Of a DNA stretch of 64,000 nt, positions 1 to 10,135 are shown piece after piece. This DNA comes from Methylophaga sp. (GTDB taxonomy: Bacteria; Pseudomonadota; Gammaproteobacteria; Nitrosococcales; Methylophagaceae). A model generated the notes under the pieces. It searched no databases. It worked only from the letters and a program-made list of their open reading frames with translations, and was not told the origin of the DNA. The stretch's first letter is position 1. The number at the start of each line of letters is the position of its first letter. The stretch covers positions 4,924 through 68,923 of the forward strand of contig JASBUF010000069.1 of assembly GCA_030148085.1 (NCBI GenBank). The letters run 5' to 3'. The position numbers were made by a program, and so were the translations under genes.

Positions 1-385
1 GCAAGCCGATATGCCGGTTCAGGATCGCATTATTTTTATCGGCAATGCCGCCCATAGCCTGCACCCGATTGCTGGCCAGGGTTTCAACCTTGGCTTGCGT
101 GATGTGGCGGTATTAGCGGATCTACTCTATGACGCAGAAAATTGTGGCAGCATGTCTTTATTACACCGCTACCAGCAATGGCGTCAGCAGGATCAGGACC
201 AGGTGGTGAAAGCGACCGATAAGCTGGTACGACTTTTCAGTAATGATCTGAGCCTACTTGGGCACTTCCGCGGTGCTGGACTCGCCTTATTGGATGCCAT
301 ACCACCACTCAAGCAGCGCCTTGCTGATCGCAGCATGGGGCTGGCACAAAAACAGCCACGTCTTGGCAGAGGCATCCGCTTATGA
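1..385 (+). CDS. ubiH: 2-octaprenyl-6-methoxyphenol hydroxylase, C-terminal part (gene starts before the window)
   Basis: IGNAAHSLHPIAGQGFNLGLRD flavin monooxygenase motif with the UbiH-type GNAA; directly upstream of a paralogue. Confidence 0.85.
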   Translation, partial: QADMPVQDRIIFIGNAAHSLHPIAGQGFNLGLRDVAVLADLLYDAENCGSMSLLHRYQQWRQQDQDQVVKATDKLVRLFSNDLSLLGHFRGAGLALLDAIPPLKQRLADRSMGLAQKQPRLGRGIRL

Positions 386-1596
386 GTTCACAGCAGTTTG
401 ATGTGGTCATTGTCGGCGGCGGCATGGTAGGCAGCACGCTGGCTGTTGCACTGGCAACGGAAGCAACACTCAAAATCGCTTTGGTTGAAGCACGCATTCC
501 CGACGCTATAGAACCAGATGAACCCTACGATTTACGTGTTAGCGCTCTGACTCGCAGCAGCGAAACGATTTTGCGCAAACTAGGGATATGGTCACAACTT
601 CCCGTTGAGCGTCTGTCGGCTTTCACCGATATGCGCGTTTGGGAAAATACCGAATCAGAATTGCATTTCAACAGTGCCGATATGGGCGAACCTTGGTTGG
701 GTCACCTGCTGGAAAACCGCCTGTTGCAATCCGCCGCTATCGCACAGTGTCAGCGCTTACCGAATATTACGCTTTTCAGCCCAGCAGAGCCAGTGAACTA
801 CTCACCACGCCAGCTTACCTTAGACGATGGCTCCATCCTCAACGCCAGTCTGATCATTGCTGCCGATGGCGCACAATCCAAACTGCGCGACTGGGCTGGT
901 ATTGCCTTCAAAGGCCAGAGCTATCAACAACAGGGACTGGTTTGCACCATCACTAGCGAACAATCGCATCAGCATACAGCCTGGCAGCGCTTTTTGCCCG
1001 AAGGCCCGCTTGCCCTGCTGCCGCTGCCTGACACAAAGCAATGCTCCATCGTCTGGTCTCTGAACAGTACCAGTGCTGAACGCCTGATGGCGTTGAGCGA
1101 TGCTGAATTTATTGCCGAACTGAATCAGGCCTGTGAGTCTAAACTCGGCGCCATCACCGCGATAAGCCAGCGGGCTTCCTTTCCGCTACAGCGTCAACAT
1201 GCTGAACGCTATATCGATACCGGCCTGGCTCTGGTGGGCGATGCTGCGCATATCATTCACCCACTGGCCGGACAAGGCGTGAATCTGGGTCTTCTGGATG
1301 CCGCAACTCTGGCTGAAGTTGTATTACATGCCTTTGAACATGGACGAGATATTGGCAGCCAACATACTTTGCAGAAATATCAGCGTCAGCGCCACGCCGA
1401 TAACCTGTTAATGCAATTTAGTATGGATATGCTCAAACAAGTGTTCAGTAACAGCCTGTCACCGCTTAGCTGGTTAAGACAAACCGGACTTCGTCAGGTC
1501 AATCGCAGCACTTGGTTGAAGAACCTATTCATGCATCAGGCCGCCGGCCGTTTTTTTGCTCGCCCAGAGCTCAGTCAGTCAGACTATCAGGATTGA
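382..1596 (+). CDS. ubiI: UbiH/UbiF/VisC family FAD-dependent ubiquinone hydroxylase (UbiI-like)
   Basis: GGGMVG Rossmann motif, RVSAL, ADGAQS, GDAAHIIHPLAGQGVNLG; ubiH-ubiI gene order; ATGA overlap. Confidence 0.8.
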   Translation: MSSQQFDVVIVGGGMVGSTLAVALATEATLKIALVEARIPDAIEPDEPYDLRVSALTRSSETILRKLGIWSQLPVERLSAFTDMRVWENTESELHFNSADMGEPWLGHLLENRLLQSAAIAQCQRLPNITLFSPAEPVNYSPRQLTLDDGSILNASLIIAADGAQSKLRDWAGIAFKGQSYQQQGLVCTITSEQSHQHTAWQRFLPEGPLALLPLPDTKQCSIVWSLNSTSAERLMALSDAEFIAELNQACESKLGAITAISQRASFPLQRQHAERYIDTGLALVGDAAHIIHPLAGQGVNLGLLDAATLAEVVLHAFEHGRDIGSQHTLQKYQRQRHADNLLMQFSMDMLKQVFSNSLSPLSWLRQTGLRQVNRSTWLKNLFMHQAAGRFFARPELSQSDYQD

Positions 1597-1687
1597 TCTG
1601 CTCTATTTGTGAGCGTGTCGATGCTGCAGGTTTGACCAACACAACTGCCGTCACCAATACTAGCGTCTTGATTTGAGGAGCGCGCCC

Positions 1688-2287
1688 ATGTTTCGATTTA
1701 TCACCCGTCAGATGCTGACCGGCTTAATCACTATCTTGCCGGTGATGTTGACGCTGTATCTGATTTATTGGTTTATAGTTTCAACTGAAACGGCGCTTGG
1801 CAGTATTTTGCAAGTTGTGTTGCCCGATGATCTCTACTGGCCAGGAATGGGCTTTGCTATTGCACTGGTGATGATTTTTGTCATTGGCCTGCTAATGCAG
1901 CTCTATGTGGTCAAAGCTGTATTCAAGAAAGTAGAAGATTTGCTCTATCACATGCCTTTGATCAAGTCTGTCTATGGTGCCATCAGGGACTTTTTTCAAT
2001 ACTTTTCGCCCAGCCGTCAGGGAGATTTCCAACAAGTGGTCGCGGTCAAATTTGATAATGATATGGAGCTGATTGGCTTTGTCACCCGCTCCAACTCAGA
2101 CTCCCTTCCAATCGCTGATCAAGATGAAACTGAACGGGTTTTGGTCTATCTGCCAATGAGCTATAACATTGGCGGTTATCCTGTCATGATTCCGAAAAAT
2201 CGCTTACGTCCGGTGGATATGACCATGGAACAGGCCATGCGTTTTGTTTTGACCGCGGGTGTTGGCAGCAATAACGACGACAATTAA
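1688..2287 (+). CDS. DUF502 family membrane protein
   Basis: GLITILPVMLT N-terminus, two TM segments, PLIKSVY and MTMEQAMRFVLTAG motifs; GAGGAG RBS before ATG at 1688. Confidence 0.85.
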   Translation: MFRFITRQMLTGLITILPVMLTLYLIYWFIVSTETALGSILQVVLPDDLYWPGMGFAIALVMIFVIGLLMQLYVVKAVFKKVEDLLYHMPLIKSVYGAIRDFFQYFSPSRQGDFQQVVAVKFDNDMELIGFVTRSNSDSLPIADQDETERVLVYLPMSYNIGGYPVMIPKNRLRPVDMTMEQAMRFVLTAGVGSNNDDN

Positions 2288-2970
2288 ATCGGTAAAAAAA
2301 CCACCGTGGCCGCACGGACTACAACGGTTTTGATGATTCTCCCTGTTTTATGAGAAATCAATTCCGCCAGATTATCCTGTGTCGCTATCAGACGCCCAAT
2401 AAGTCGCTGATAGCTCAAGTTGCGCTTTTCCTCGACCAAGCTGTCGCTCAGAATAAGTAGGTTGCCATGAGCATCACGCCGGTTGGCTAACAGCCAAGCT
2501 GCAATTTCAATATTTCTCGCACTGTTGTAAAGCTTTTGCTGATCGATAGATGTCAGGTAAAAAAACTCGGTGTGATTATCATAAGACGCCATCAGCATGC
2601 GCCTAAGGCCAACAATAAACGCTAATACCCTATCGCCCTGATAATCGGGCTCCAAGGCCAGCCTGACGATTTCGGTTGGCCGTTGAATATGTTTGAATTC
2701 GGCATAATTGAAGTTAAATGGACGCGAAAAAGTTAGGTCGACACTGGCATTAATATCACGCAGTTCGAGGTCATAGCGTAGGCCGGGATTGCGTTTATAC
2801 AGTTTGACCATCAATTTTTTGAGATCACGCAGCACCACCTGTTGATGCAACTCAATCACTTCATCAATATCACTCTTCGCTAGTCTATCTATGCCCTGAG
2901 AACCAGGCTGTCCGGCGACACAGCCATTCAATAGAAAACTCAGAACTAAAATCAGACTAGACCAATTCAT
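2284..2970 (-). CDS. Conserved hypothetical lipoprotein
   Basis: Start re-set to ATG 2970 (MNWSSLILVLSFLLNGC), giving a signal peptide with LNGC lipobox; the longer ORF-track start overlaps the upstream gene. Confidence 0.7.
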   Translation of the reverse strand: MNWSSLILVLSFLLNGCVAGQPGSQGIDRLAKSDIDEVIELHQQVVLRDLKKLMVKLYKRNPGLRYDLELRDINASVDLTFSRPFNFNYAEFKHIQRPTEIVRLALEPDYQGDRVLAFIVGLRRMLMASYDNHTEFFYLTSIDQQKLYNSARNIEIAAWLLANRRDAHGNLLILSDSLVEEKRNLSYQRLIGRLIATQDNLAELISHKTGRIIKTVVVRAATVVFLPI

Positions 2971-3295
2971 CCAATAAGCGTCCCTGTTGTTGGATTTGTT
3001 GTTTAGGCAGCGAATCGATATACAAATATTGCTGAACAGCGCGGGGTAACAAAGCAGCTTGACCCGTTTCGTCATCTGACGCTGAGTCACTGCTGCGAAA
3101 GTTCCTGATAAACCGTGCTTGCTGCTGATCTTGTGAATCGTTGACAGGCTCAACAAAGCGCGGTGGCGAAGCCTGCGGAGACACGGTCACTGCCGTGTAG
3201 GCCGTATTATCGACAGTAACCGGTAGCCGTGATGAATTCCGGTTCTCTGAAGGAACCGGTGGATAGAACGCTAATGGGTTATTGCTTATTTGCAT
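2957..3295 (-). CDS. Hypothetical low-complexity protein (112 aa) with FliK-like C-terminal tail
   Basis: Fills the gap between rhlB and the lipoprotein gene with short overlaps at both ends; ends QGRLLDELV. Confidence 0.65.
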   Translation of the reverse strand: MQISNNPLAFYPPVPSENRNSSRLPVTVDNTAYTAVTVSPQASPPRFVEPVNDSQDQQQARFIRNFRSSDSASDDETGQAALLPRAVQQYLYIDSLPKQQIQQQGRLLDELV

Positions 3296-4595
3296 GCGAG
3301 TTCATTTTCGCCGGCTCCGCTTTTTGTTCATTACGGTTTCGGCGTGGCCGGCGACGTTTACCACTCTCATTATTAGGGCCGCGCGGATGAGCGGGCTTTT
3401 TCTCCCTTTTCACTGGCGCCGATGGCTCCAGGAGCATTTCATCCGTAGTGGAAGCCACCGGTAACTTATGCTTAATGTAGGTTTCAATGTCCGGCAGGGA
3501 AAAGACGAACTCTTCACAAGCAAAGCTAATCGCCACCCCGCTGGCACCGGCACGTGCTGTCCGGCCTGTACGGTGTACATAATCTTCGACATCCTGAGGC
3601 AGGTCAAAGTTGAACACATGGGTGACAGCAGGAATATGCAGGCCACGGGCAGCGACATCGGTCGCAACCAGGAATGGAAACTCGCCATCCTGAAAATGCT
3701 GTAACAGGCTTTCCCGTTTTTTCTGCGGCACATCACCGGAAAGCAATGAAGCTTTGTAGCCATTGCCTTCCAAATAACCCCAGACCTTGTCCGCGACGTG
3801 CTTAGTATTCACGAAAATAATGCCGCGTTCGGGCTCAAGACGTTTAATCAAAGCCAATAACAATGGAATTTTTTCATCATTCGATGGGTAATACACCGAC
3901 TCTTCGATGCGATCGCCCATCATTTTTTCCGGCTCGACCTGCACTTTCTGCGGGTTATTCATATGCTCATAGGCCAATTCCGTGACCTTGTAACTTAAGG
4001 TCGCAGAAAACAGCATGCCCAAGCGCTGATCGGGTTTCGGCACACGGCGCAGGAAATAGCGCACATCTTTAATAAAACCGAGATCGAACATCCTATCCGC
4101 TTCGTCCAGTACTACTGCGGCAACATGTTTAAGGCTGAACACATGCTGTTTATGGTAATCGAGCAACCTTCCCGGTGTGCCCACCAGTACATCGCACCCC
4201 TCGGTAATCGCATCTCGCTGCTTCTGGTAATCCTTACCGCCGTGCGCAATAGTGATGCGCAAACCGGCTTCACTATTCAGCAGCTTGGCATCTTTCATGA
4301 TCTGAATCGCCAGTTCGCGTGTCGGCGCCAGTATCAAAGCGCGCGGCTGTTTACCGTCCCAGTTATCCGCTGGTGGCGTTTCCAGCAGACGCTGAAAGGT
4401 TGCCAGCAAAAAGGCAATGGTCTTACCGGTACCGGTTTGTGCCTGCCCTGCCACATCCGTTCCCTTTAGCAGCAGCGGCAATGCCTGCGCTTGTATCGGG
4501 GTACAGAATTCAAAGCCTGCCTGGGCCAGACCAGCCTGCAATGCGAGGTTGAGGGGCAGGGTTTTGAAGGCCTGGTCAGTTAGATGTGCACTCAT
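3279..4595 (-). CDS. rhlB: ATP-dependent RNA helicase RhlB
   Basis: AQTGTGKT, DEAD, SAT and HRTGRTARAG motifs, basic C-tail; divergent from trxA as in other gammaproteobacteria. Confidence 0.93.
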   Translation of the reverse strand: MSAHLTDQAFKTLPLNLALQAGLAQAGFEFCTPIQAQALPLLLKGTDVAGQAQTGTGKTIAFLLATFQRLLETPPADNWDGKQPRALILAPTRELAIQIMKDAKLLNSEAGLRITIAHGGKDYQKQRDAITEGCDVLVGTPGRLLDYHKQHVFSLKHVAAVVLDEADRMFDLGFIKDVRYFLRRVPKPDQRLGMLFSATLSYKVTELAYEHMNNPQKVQVEPEKMMGDRIEESVYYPSNDEKIPLLLALIKRLEPERGIIFVNTKHVADKVWGYLEGNGYKASLLSGDVPQKKRESLLQHFQDGEFPFLVATDVAARGLHIPAVTHVFNFDLPQDVEDYVHRTGRTARAGASGVAISFACEEFVFSLPDIETYIKHKLPVASTTDEMLLEPSAPVKREKKPAHPRGPNNESGKRRRPRRNRNEQKAEPAKMNSHANKQ

Positions 4596-4695
4596 ATAAA
4601 TACTTGCATTACCGTTAATGATAGGAAAAAATGTTAGGCTCTATCGCATGGCAGTATAGCCCCAACGATACTTTATATACCACTGGAGATAAAAC

Positions 4696-5022
4696 ATGAG
4701 CGAAAACGTCACCAACGTGACCGATGGCGACTTTGATAGCCAAGTACTACAGTCCGACATTCCTGTTCTGGTTGATTACTGGGCTGAATGGTGTGGTCCC
4801 TGCAAAATGATTGCACCAGTACTGGAAGAAATCGGCGCAGAATATGCCGGCAAGCTGAAAGTAGCCAAGCTGAACATTGATGAAAATCAGGAAACACCAC
4901 CTCGTTATGGTATCCGTGGTATCCCAACGCTAATGCTGTTTAAAGATGGTGAAGTTGAAGCCACGAAAGTCGGCGCCTTGACCAAATCACAACTGGCAGC
5001 CTTTCTGGACAGCAACCTGTAA
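4696..5022 (+). CDS. trxA: Thioredoxin 1
   Basis: WCGPC active site, YGIRGIPTL. Confidence 0.97.
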   Translation: MSENVTNVTDGDFDSQVLQSDIPVLVDYWAEWCGPCKMIAPVLEEIGAEYAGKLKVAKLNIDENQETPPRYGIRGIPTLMLFKDGEVEATKVGALTKSQLAAFLDSNL

Positions 5023-5033
5023 TGCTGCGCCTT

Positions 5034-5063
5034 CCCCACACCCTCGGGTGTGGGGCTGCCTTT
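5034..5063 (+). terminator. GC-rich hairpin downstream of trxA (terminator or mRNA-stabilising stem)
   Basis: CCCCACACC-CTCG-GGTGTGGGG, a 9-bp stem followed only by a weak T run. Confidence 0.55.
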
Positions 5064-5165
5064 ACCCTTCCGGCGTGGCATCTCCGCCCGTCTGCTCTGT
5101 TGTATGCTGACAGCCTGTCTGGCTGATAACAGTGTTTCTATGTAATCCAAGCAGCTAGTCAACGA

Positions 5166-7337
5166 ATGGATGTTTCCGAGTTACTCAATGATTTAAATAA
5201 ACCCCAGCGTGAAGCGGTGGCTGCCTCACTTGGCCATGCCCGCATTCTGGCCGGTGCCGGTAGTGGTAAAACCCGTGTTCTGGTGCATCGCATCGCCTGG
5301 CTGATTCAGGCCGAAGGGTTTTCGCCCGCCAATATTCTTGCCGTCACCTTCACCAACAAAGCGGCAGCAGAGATGCGTGGCCGTATTGAAGATATACTCG
5401 GTTACCCGCCGGGCGGTATGTGGGTGGGCACCTTCCACGGACTCGCGCACCGCCTGCTCCGTGCGCACTGGAAAGATGCCGAATTACCACAGAGCTTTCA
5501 AATCCTCGACAGCGATGATCAGTTGCGTATGCTCAAGCGCATTATTCGCGGCATGGAACTCGATGAAGCACAGTGGCCACCGAAACAGGCGCAGTGGTAT
5601 ATCAATGCGCAAAAAGACGAAGGGTTGCGAGCCAAAGATATTCAGCCCGGTCATGATCCCTATTCACAAAAAATGCTGGCTATCTATAAAGCCTATGAAG
5701 ACGCTTGCCAGCGTGCTGGCGTAATCGATTTTGGTGAAATCCTGCTACGCAGCCATGAACTCTGGCTCAAGTGCCCCGATATTCTGGCGCAATACCAGCA
5801 GCGTTTCCGTCAGATCCTGGTGGACGAGTTCCAAGACACCAATACCCTGCAATATGCCTGGCTGCGCCTGTTGACCGGCGCCAGCGGGAATTTGTTTATA
5901 GTCGGTGATGACGATCAGTCGATTTACGGCTGGCGCGGTGCCCGCATCGAAAACATTCAGCAATTCGACCAAGACTTCGAAGGTGCGACGACCATCCGTC
6001 TGGAGCAGAATTACCGTTCAACCGGCAATATCTTGAAAGCCGCCAATAAGGTTATCGCCAATAACAGCGAACGTCTGGGCAAGGAATTGTGGACCGAGGA
6101 CGAAGACGGCGATCTGATCCAGGTCTACAACGCCTTTAACGAGCGTGATGAAGCCTCTTACCTCGTTGAACAGGTCCGCAAATGGGTCAATGATGGCGGT
6201 GACCGTCGTGACTGCGCAGTGCTGTATCGCTCCAATGCTCAGTCACGGGTGATAGAGGAAGCGCTGCTACAGGCCAATATGCCCTACCGTGTTTATGGCG
6301 GTCTGCGCTTTTTTGAGCGTGCTGAAATCAAAGATGTTTTGTCATACTTGCGTTTAGTTGCCAATCGTCTGGATGACGCCGCTTTTGAACGTATCGTCAA
6401 TACACCTACCCGAGGCATCGGCGCCGCAACCCTGACACAACTCAGACAATATGCTCGTGAACGTGGCTTATCAATGTGGCACAGCGCACTGGAAATGTTA
6501 GATGCCAGATCGTTTGCTGCCCGCGCTGGAAATGCTTTGGCGGCATTTATCACGCTGATCGACTCGCTGACGCCCGAGCAGCCGGATATGCCCTTGCATG
6601 AACTGACACAACTGGTCATCGACGAATCCGGCTTACGCGAACACTTTGCCAAAGACAAAACAGAAAAAGGCCAAGGCCGCATCGACAACTTGGACGAACT
6701 TATCTCAGCGACCCGTCAGTTTGTTCAGCCACCGGATGAAGAAGAGGAGAATCTGTCCGAATTGGATGCGTTTCTGTCGCATGCCGCGCTGGAAGCCGGT
6801 GACAACCAGGGGGACAAGTGGGAAGACTGTGTGCAACTGATGACCTTGCATTCTGCCAAGGGGCTCGAATTCCCCGTGGTGTTTATGGTGGGCATGGAAG
6901 AAGGTCTGTTTCCAGGACAAAAATCCAGTGATGATCCGGTCCGCCTCGCTGAAGAGCGCCGTCTTTGCTATGTCGGCATGACCCGCGCGCGCCAAACCTT
7001 ATATCTGCTTTATACTGAACAACGTTTTCTCTACGGTCAGGAAATGATGCAGCGACCTTCGCGTTTTCTGAGTGAGTTGCCAGCAGACAGTATTGAAGAA
7101 GTCCGGGCCCGTAGTAACCGTATTACTCCTGGCCTGACAGGCTTAAGCAGCCGGTCTGAGAGTGAATTAAATGAGACCGGACTTCGTACCGGCCAACAAG
7201 TGATGCATCAGAAGTTTGGCCCCGGTGTGGTGGTCGATACTGAAGGTGCGGGAAAAAATGCTAGGGTACAGGTCAATTTTAAGCACGCAGGCAGCAAATG
7301 GCTGGTGCTGGCCTTTGCAAAATTAGAAGTTCTATAA
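5166..7337 (+). CDS. uvrD: DNA helicase II
   Basis: AGAGSGKTRVL, DEFQDTN, QNYRST, TLHSAKGLEF and EERRLCYV motifs; C-terminal Tudor-like tail. Confidence 0.96.
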   Translation: MDVSELLNDLNKPQREAVAASLGHARILAGAGSGKTRVLVHRIAWLIQAEGFSPANILAVTFTNKAAAEMRGRIEDILGYPPGGMWVGTFHGLAHRLLRAHWKDAELPQSFQILDSDDQLRMLKRIIRGMELDEAQWPPKQAQWYINAQKDEGLRAKDIQPGHDPYSQKMLAIYKAYEDACQRAGVIDFGEILLRSHELWLKCPDILAQYQQRFRQILVDEFQDTNTLQYAWLRLLTGASGNLFIVGDDDQSIYGWRGARIENIQQFDQDFEGATTIRLEQNYRSTGNILKAANKVIANNSERLGKELWTEDEDGDLIQVYNAFNERDEASYLVEQVRKWVNDGGDRRDCAVLYRSNAQSRVIEEALLQANMPYRVYGGLRFFERAEIKDVLSYLRLVANRLDDAAFERIVNTPTRGIGAATLTQLRQYARERGLSMWHSALEMLDARSFAARAGNALAAFITLIDSLTPEQPDMPLHELTQLVIDESGLREHFAKDKTEKGQGRIDNLDELISATRQFVQPPDEEEENLSELDAFLSHAALEAGDNQGDKWEDCVQLMTLHSAKGLEFPVVFMVGMEEGLFPGQKSSDDPVRLAEERRLCYVGMTRARQTLYLLYTEQRFLYGQEMMQRPSRFLSELPADSIEEVRARSNRITPGLTGLSSRSESELNETGLRTGQQVMHQKFGPGVVVDTEGAGKNARVQVNFKHAGSKWLVLAFAKLEVL

Positions 7338-7347
7338 GGAAACAACC

Positions 7348-8451
7348 ATGGTGAAGTCGGCATTAATGCGTTCTTTGATGGTGAGCTTGGCAGCGTTACT
7401 GCTGACAGCCTGCGGCCCCGAAGATGAAGCTGGCCCTGGCGCTGTTGCCAGCAGTGGCAAAACCTATAACTGGAAAATGGTCACCACCTGGCCGCCTGGC
7501 TTCCCGGTATTACAGGAAGGCGCTGAGCGCTTTGCCGAGAATGTACGTGCCATGTCCAATGGCCGCATCAATATCAAAGTTTATGCCGGCGGTGAGCTGA
7601 TCCCTGCCCTGCAGACCTTCGATGCCGTGTCACAAGGCACCGTCGAAATGGGCCATGGCAGCGCCTATTACTGGGCCGGTAAAGTGCCGGAAGCACAGTT
7701 TTTCTCCACCGTACCTTTCGGCATGACCCCTCGCGGCATGAATGCCTGGCTCTATCATGGCGGCGGCCTCGAACTATGGCGTGAAATCTATGAACCTTTC
7801 CATGTAGTGCCTTTCCCTCTGGGTAATACCGGCGTACAAATGGGCGGCTGGTTTAATAAAGAAATCAATTCTGTTGATGATTTACAGGGCCTGAAAATGC
7901 GCATTCCCGGTCTAGGCGGTAAGGTCTTTGCCAAAGCAGGTGGTAATCCGGTCCTGTTAGCAGGCAGCGAGGTCTATACCGCTCTTGAACGCAACACCAT
8001 TGATGCTACCGAATGGATCGGTCCCTACCATGATCAACGTCTTGGCCTCTATCGTGCGGCCAAACACTATTACTATCCCGGCTGGCATGAGCCAGGCACG
8101 GTGCTGGAGCTCACCGTAAACAAACGCGCTTGGGACAGTCTACCTGCTGATTTGAAAGCCATTATCAGCCACGCCGCAGAATCAGAAAATGTACTGATGC
8201 TGTCCGAAATGGAACAGAAGAACCTGACAGCCCTGAAAGAATTGCAGGCCCGTGACGGTGTGGAAATTAAACGCTTTCCTGATGATGTGCTAACCAAGCT
8301 GCAGGCCATGACAGAAGAAACCTTGAGCGAAGAAGCGGCCGTCAATCCGGCGTTTAAACGGGTGTATGATGCTTATCAGGCATTCCGTCAGCAGGATGAT
8401 GCCTGGACCGCGATTTCAGAACGTGCCTACCTAGGCATTGAGCAACCCTAA
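7348..8451 (+). CDS. TRAP transporter solute-binding protein (DctP family, TakP/2-oxoacid-binding type), predicted lipoprotein
   Basis: WKMVTTWP, GNTGVQMGGWF, KMRIPGLGG and YYYPGWHEP motifs; LLTAC lipobox. Confidence 0.88.
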   Translation: MVKSALMRSLMVSLAALLLTACGPEDEAGPGAVASSGKTYNWKMVTTWPPGFPVLQEGAERFAENVRAMSNGRINIKVYAGGELIPALQTFDAVSQGTVEMGHGSAYYWAGKVPEAQFFSTVPFGMTPRGMNAWLYHGGGLELWREIYEPFHVVPFPLGNTGVQMGGWFNKEINSVDDLQGLKMRIPGLGGKVFAKAGGNPVLLAGSEVYTALERNTIDATEWIGPYHDQRLGLYRAAKHYYYPGWHEPGTVLELTVNKRAWDSLPADLKAIISHAAESENVLMLSEMEQKNLTALKELQARDGVEIKRFPDDVLTKLQAMTEETLSEEAAVNPAFKRVYDAYQAFRQQDDAWTAISERAYLGIEQP

Positions 8452-8702
8452 TGCTGTTTCTTATCATTACTCAAGAAGGACTGGATGAGGCATCCGCCGA
8501 CATTCTGGAAAATAAGGCCACGTTGTGGCTGAACCCTAAGCTCAAGCAGGAGTCTGACTTATCTCGCTATGAGCAAGCCGGTATTGAGATTCAGTGGCTG
8601 CCTTATGCAATCAATGCTGGTAATGAAAAAGCGGTTCTTGATGCACTGAGCTTTGTGGAAAAGCACAGCAATGACAAAGCCATATTTGTTGAGTATCTGT
8701 AA
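8451..8702 (+). CDS. Hypothetical protein (83 aa)
   Basis: TAATG stop/start coupling on both sides within an operon. Confidence 0.7.
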   Translation: MLFLIITQEGLDEASADILENKATLWLNPKLKQESDLSRYEQAGIEIQWLPYAINAGNEKAVLDALSFVEKHSNDKAIFVEYL

Positions 8703-9208
8703 TGAGATTAGTCCTTGCCCTATTGATGTTCTTGAGCCTGCCTTTGGCCGCGGAAAGCGAGTGGGATAAACAGCTGGTCGCACTCAACGCGCCTGTTGAA
8801 ATTACCGTCAACCGCAGTCCCAACTGCCAGTGTTGTCATAAATGGATAAGCCACCTTGAAACCCAGGGTTTCAAAGTGCTTGATGCCATCACCCATAATC
8901 TGGAAGCTGTGCCCGCCCGCACCAATGTGCCGAATGAGCTGCGTTCCTGCCATACCGCTGTCGTCGATGGTTATCTGATTGAAGGCCATGTTCCGGCTGA
9001 CGATATCAAACAACTGCTGCTACAGAAGCCTGATCTTGTAGGCCTGACCGTACCGCAGATGCCTGTCGGCACACCTGGTATGGAAATGGGGCCACGCAAG
9101 GATAACTTCACCGTGATCAGCTTTGATAAGGCAGGTCAGTACCGCATCTTCAATCGTTATGAAGTCAGCGTAGACGGAAACTATCACAGCACCGTCACCC
9201 CGGAGTAG
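8702..9208 (+). CDS. DUF411 periplasmic metal-binding protein
   Basis: Signal peptide, SPNCQCCHKW, SCHTA, EGHVPA and MPVGTPGME motifs. Confidence 0.88.
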   Translation: MRLVLALLMFLSLPLAAESEWDKQLVALNAPVEITVNRSPNCQCCHKWISHLETQGFKVLDAITHNLEAVPARTNVPNELRSCHTAVVDGYLIEGHVPADDIKQLLLQKPDLVGLTVPQMPVGTPGMEMGPRKDNFTVISFDKAGQYRIFNRYEVSVDGNYHSTVTPE

Positions 9209-9214
9209 TTCACC

Positions 9215-10081
9215 GTGGAAATGCTTGTTGTGCTGGGACGCCTGCTGTTCTCGGCATTCGCCAATGTGTTCCAGAAGCAGCTCACGCATCGCGGCCTGCA
9301 CCCGTTTTTTATCGTCTTTGCCAGCTACGTCGTCTTAGCGGTGATCTGTCTGCCGCTGTTGTGGACGTTTAATCCGTTCCAGCTCAATACCAATTTCTGG
9401 ATCAATATCTTCTTTGCCGCTCTGCTTGATATGGCAGGCACCTTGTTTTTGGTGATGTCGCTGTCCAAAACCGATTTGTCGGTGTTCGGACCGCTTAACG
9501 CCTACAAGGTTGTCATTTCCATGTTGTTGGCTTTGGTGTTTCTAGGTGAAATACCCAGTCTGCAGGGGTTTACAGGTGTCGCAGTGATTGTCGCTGGCAG
9601 TTATTTTCTGTTTCCGCCAAAGGCTCACCAGGGTCGTCTCTGGCATTTATTTACTGAAAAAGGCGTACAGTTCCGCTTTCTGTCCATTCTGCTGTTTTCT
9701 GTCGGCACGCTGCCGTTAAAAAATGCGGTCGTCGCAGGCGGCGCCTTACCCACCACCGTATTCTGGTGTCTGATTGGCTTGCCGCTGGCAGGTCTCGCCC
9801 AATGGCTGTTTGTACGTGACAATTTCAAGGCCGATGTCGCGCTGACAAAGAACCAGATCTACCCTTTTGTCTATCTCGGCTGCATGATCTTTCTGATGCA
9901 GTACATGACCATGCTGGTGTTTTCGCAGTTACTGGTCGCCTACTCGCTGGCACTGTTCCAACTAAGCATGGTGCTACAGGTCTTTCTTGGCTACCGCATA
10001 TTCAATGAAAAACATGTACTGCGGCGACTTTCCGCCTGTCTGGTCATGGTTGGTGGCAGCCTGATGGTGCTGTATGCCTGA
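9215..10081 (+). CDS. DMT/EamA family transporter
   Basis: About 10 hydrophobic segments arranged as two 5-TM repeats; LVFLGE-type motif. Confidence 0.75.
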   Translation: MEMLVVLGRLLFSAFANVFQKQLTHRGLHPFFIVFASYVVLAVICLPLLWTFNPFQLNTNFWINIFFAALLDMAGTLFLVMSLSKTDLSVFGPLNAYKVVISMLLALVFLGEIPSLQGFTGVAVIVAGSYFLFPPKAHQGRLWHLFTEKGVQFRFLSILLFSVGTLPLKNAVVAGGALPTTVFWCLIGLPLAGLAQWLFVRDNFKADVALTKNQIYPFVYLGCMIFLMQYMTMLVFSQLLVAYSLALFQLSMVLQVFLGYRIFNEKHVLRRLSACLVMVGGSLMVLYA

Positions 10082-10135
10082 GCAGTGAATTCGACTGCCT
10101 GATATCATGCAAGCATCTTTATTTTGGAGGTAACA

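Noticed and set aside
2971-3156. N-terminal extension of the 290-aa ORF
   Set aside because: It overlaps the 2957-3295 gene, and the lipoprotein signal peptide starts at ATG 2970.
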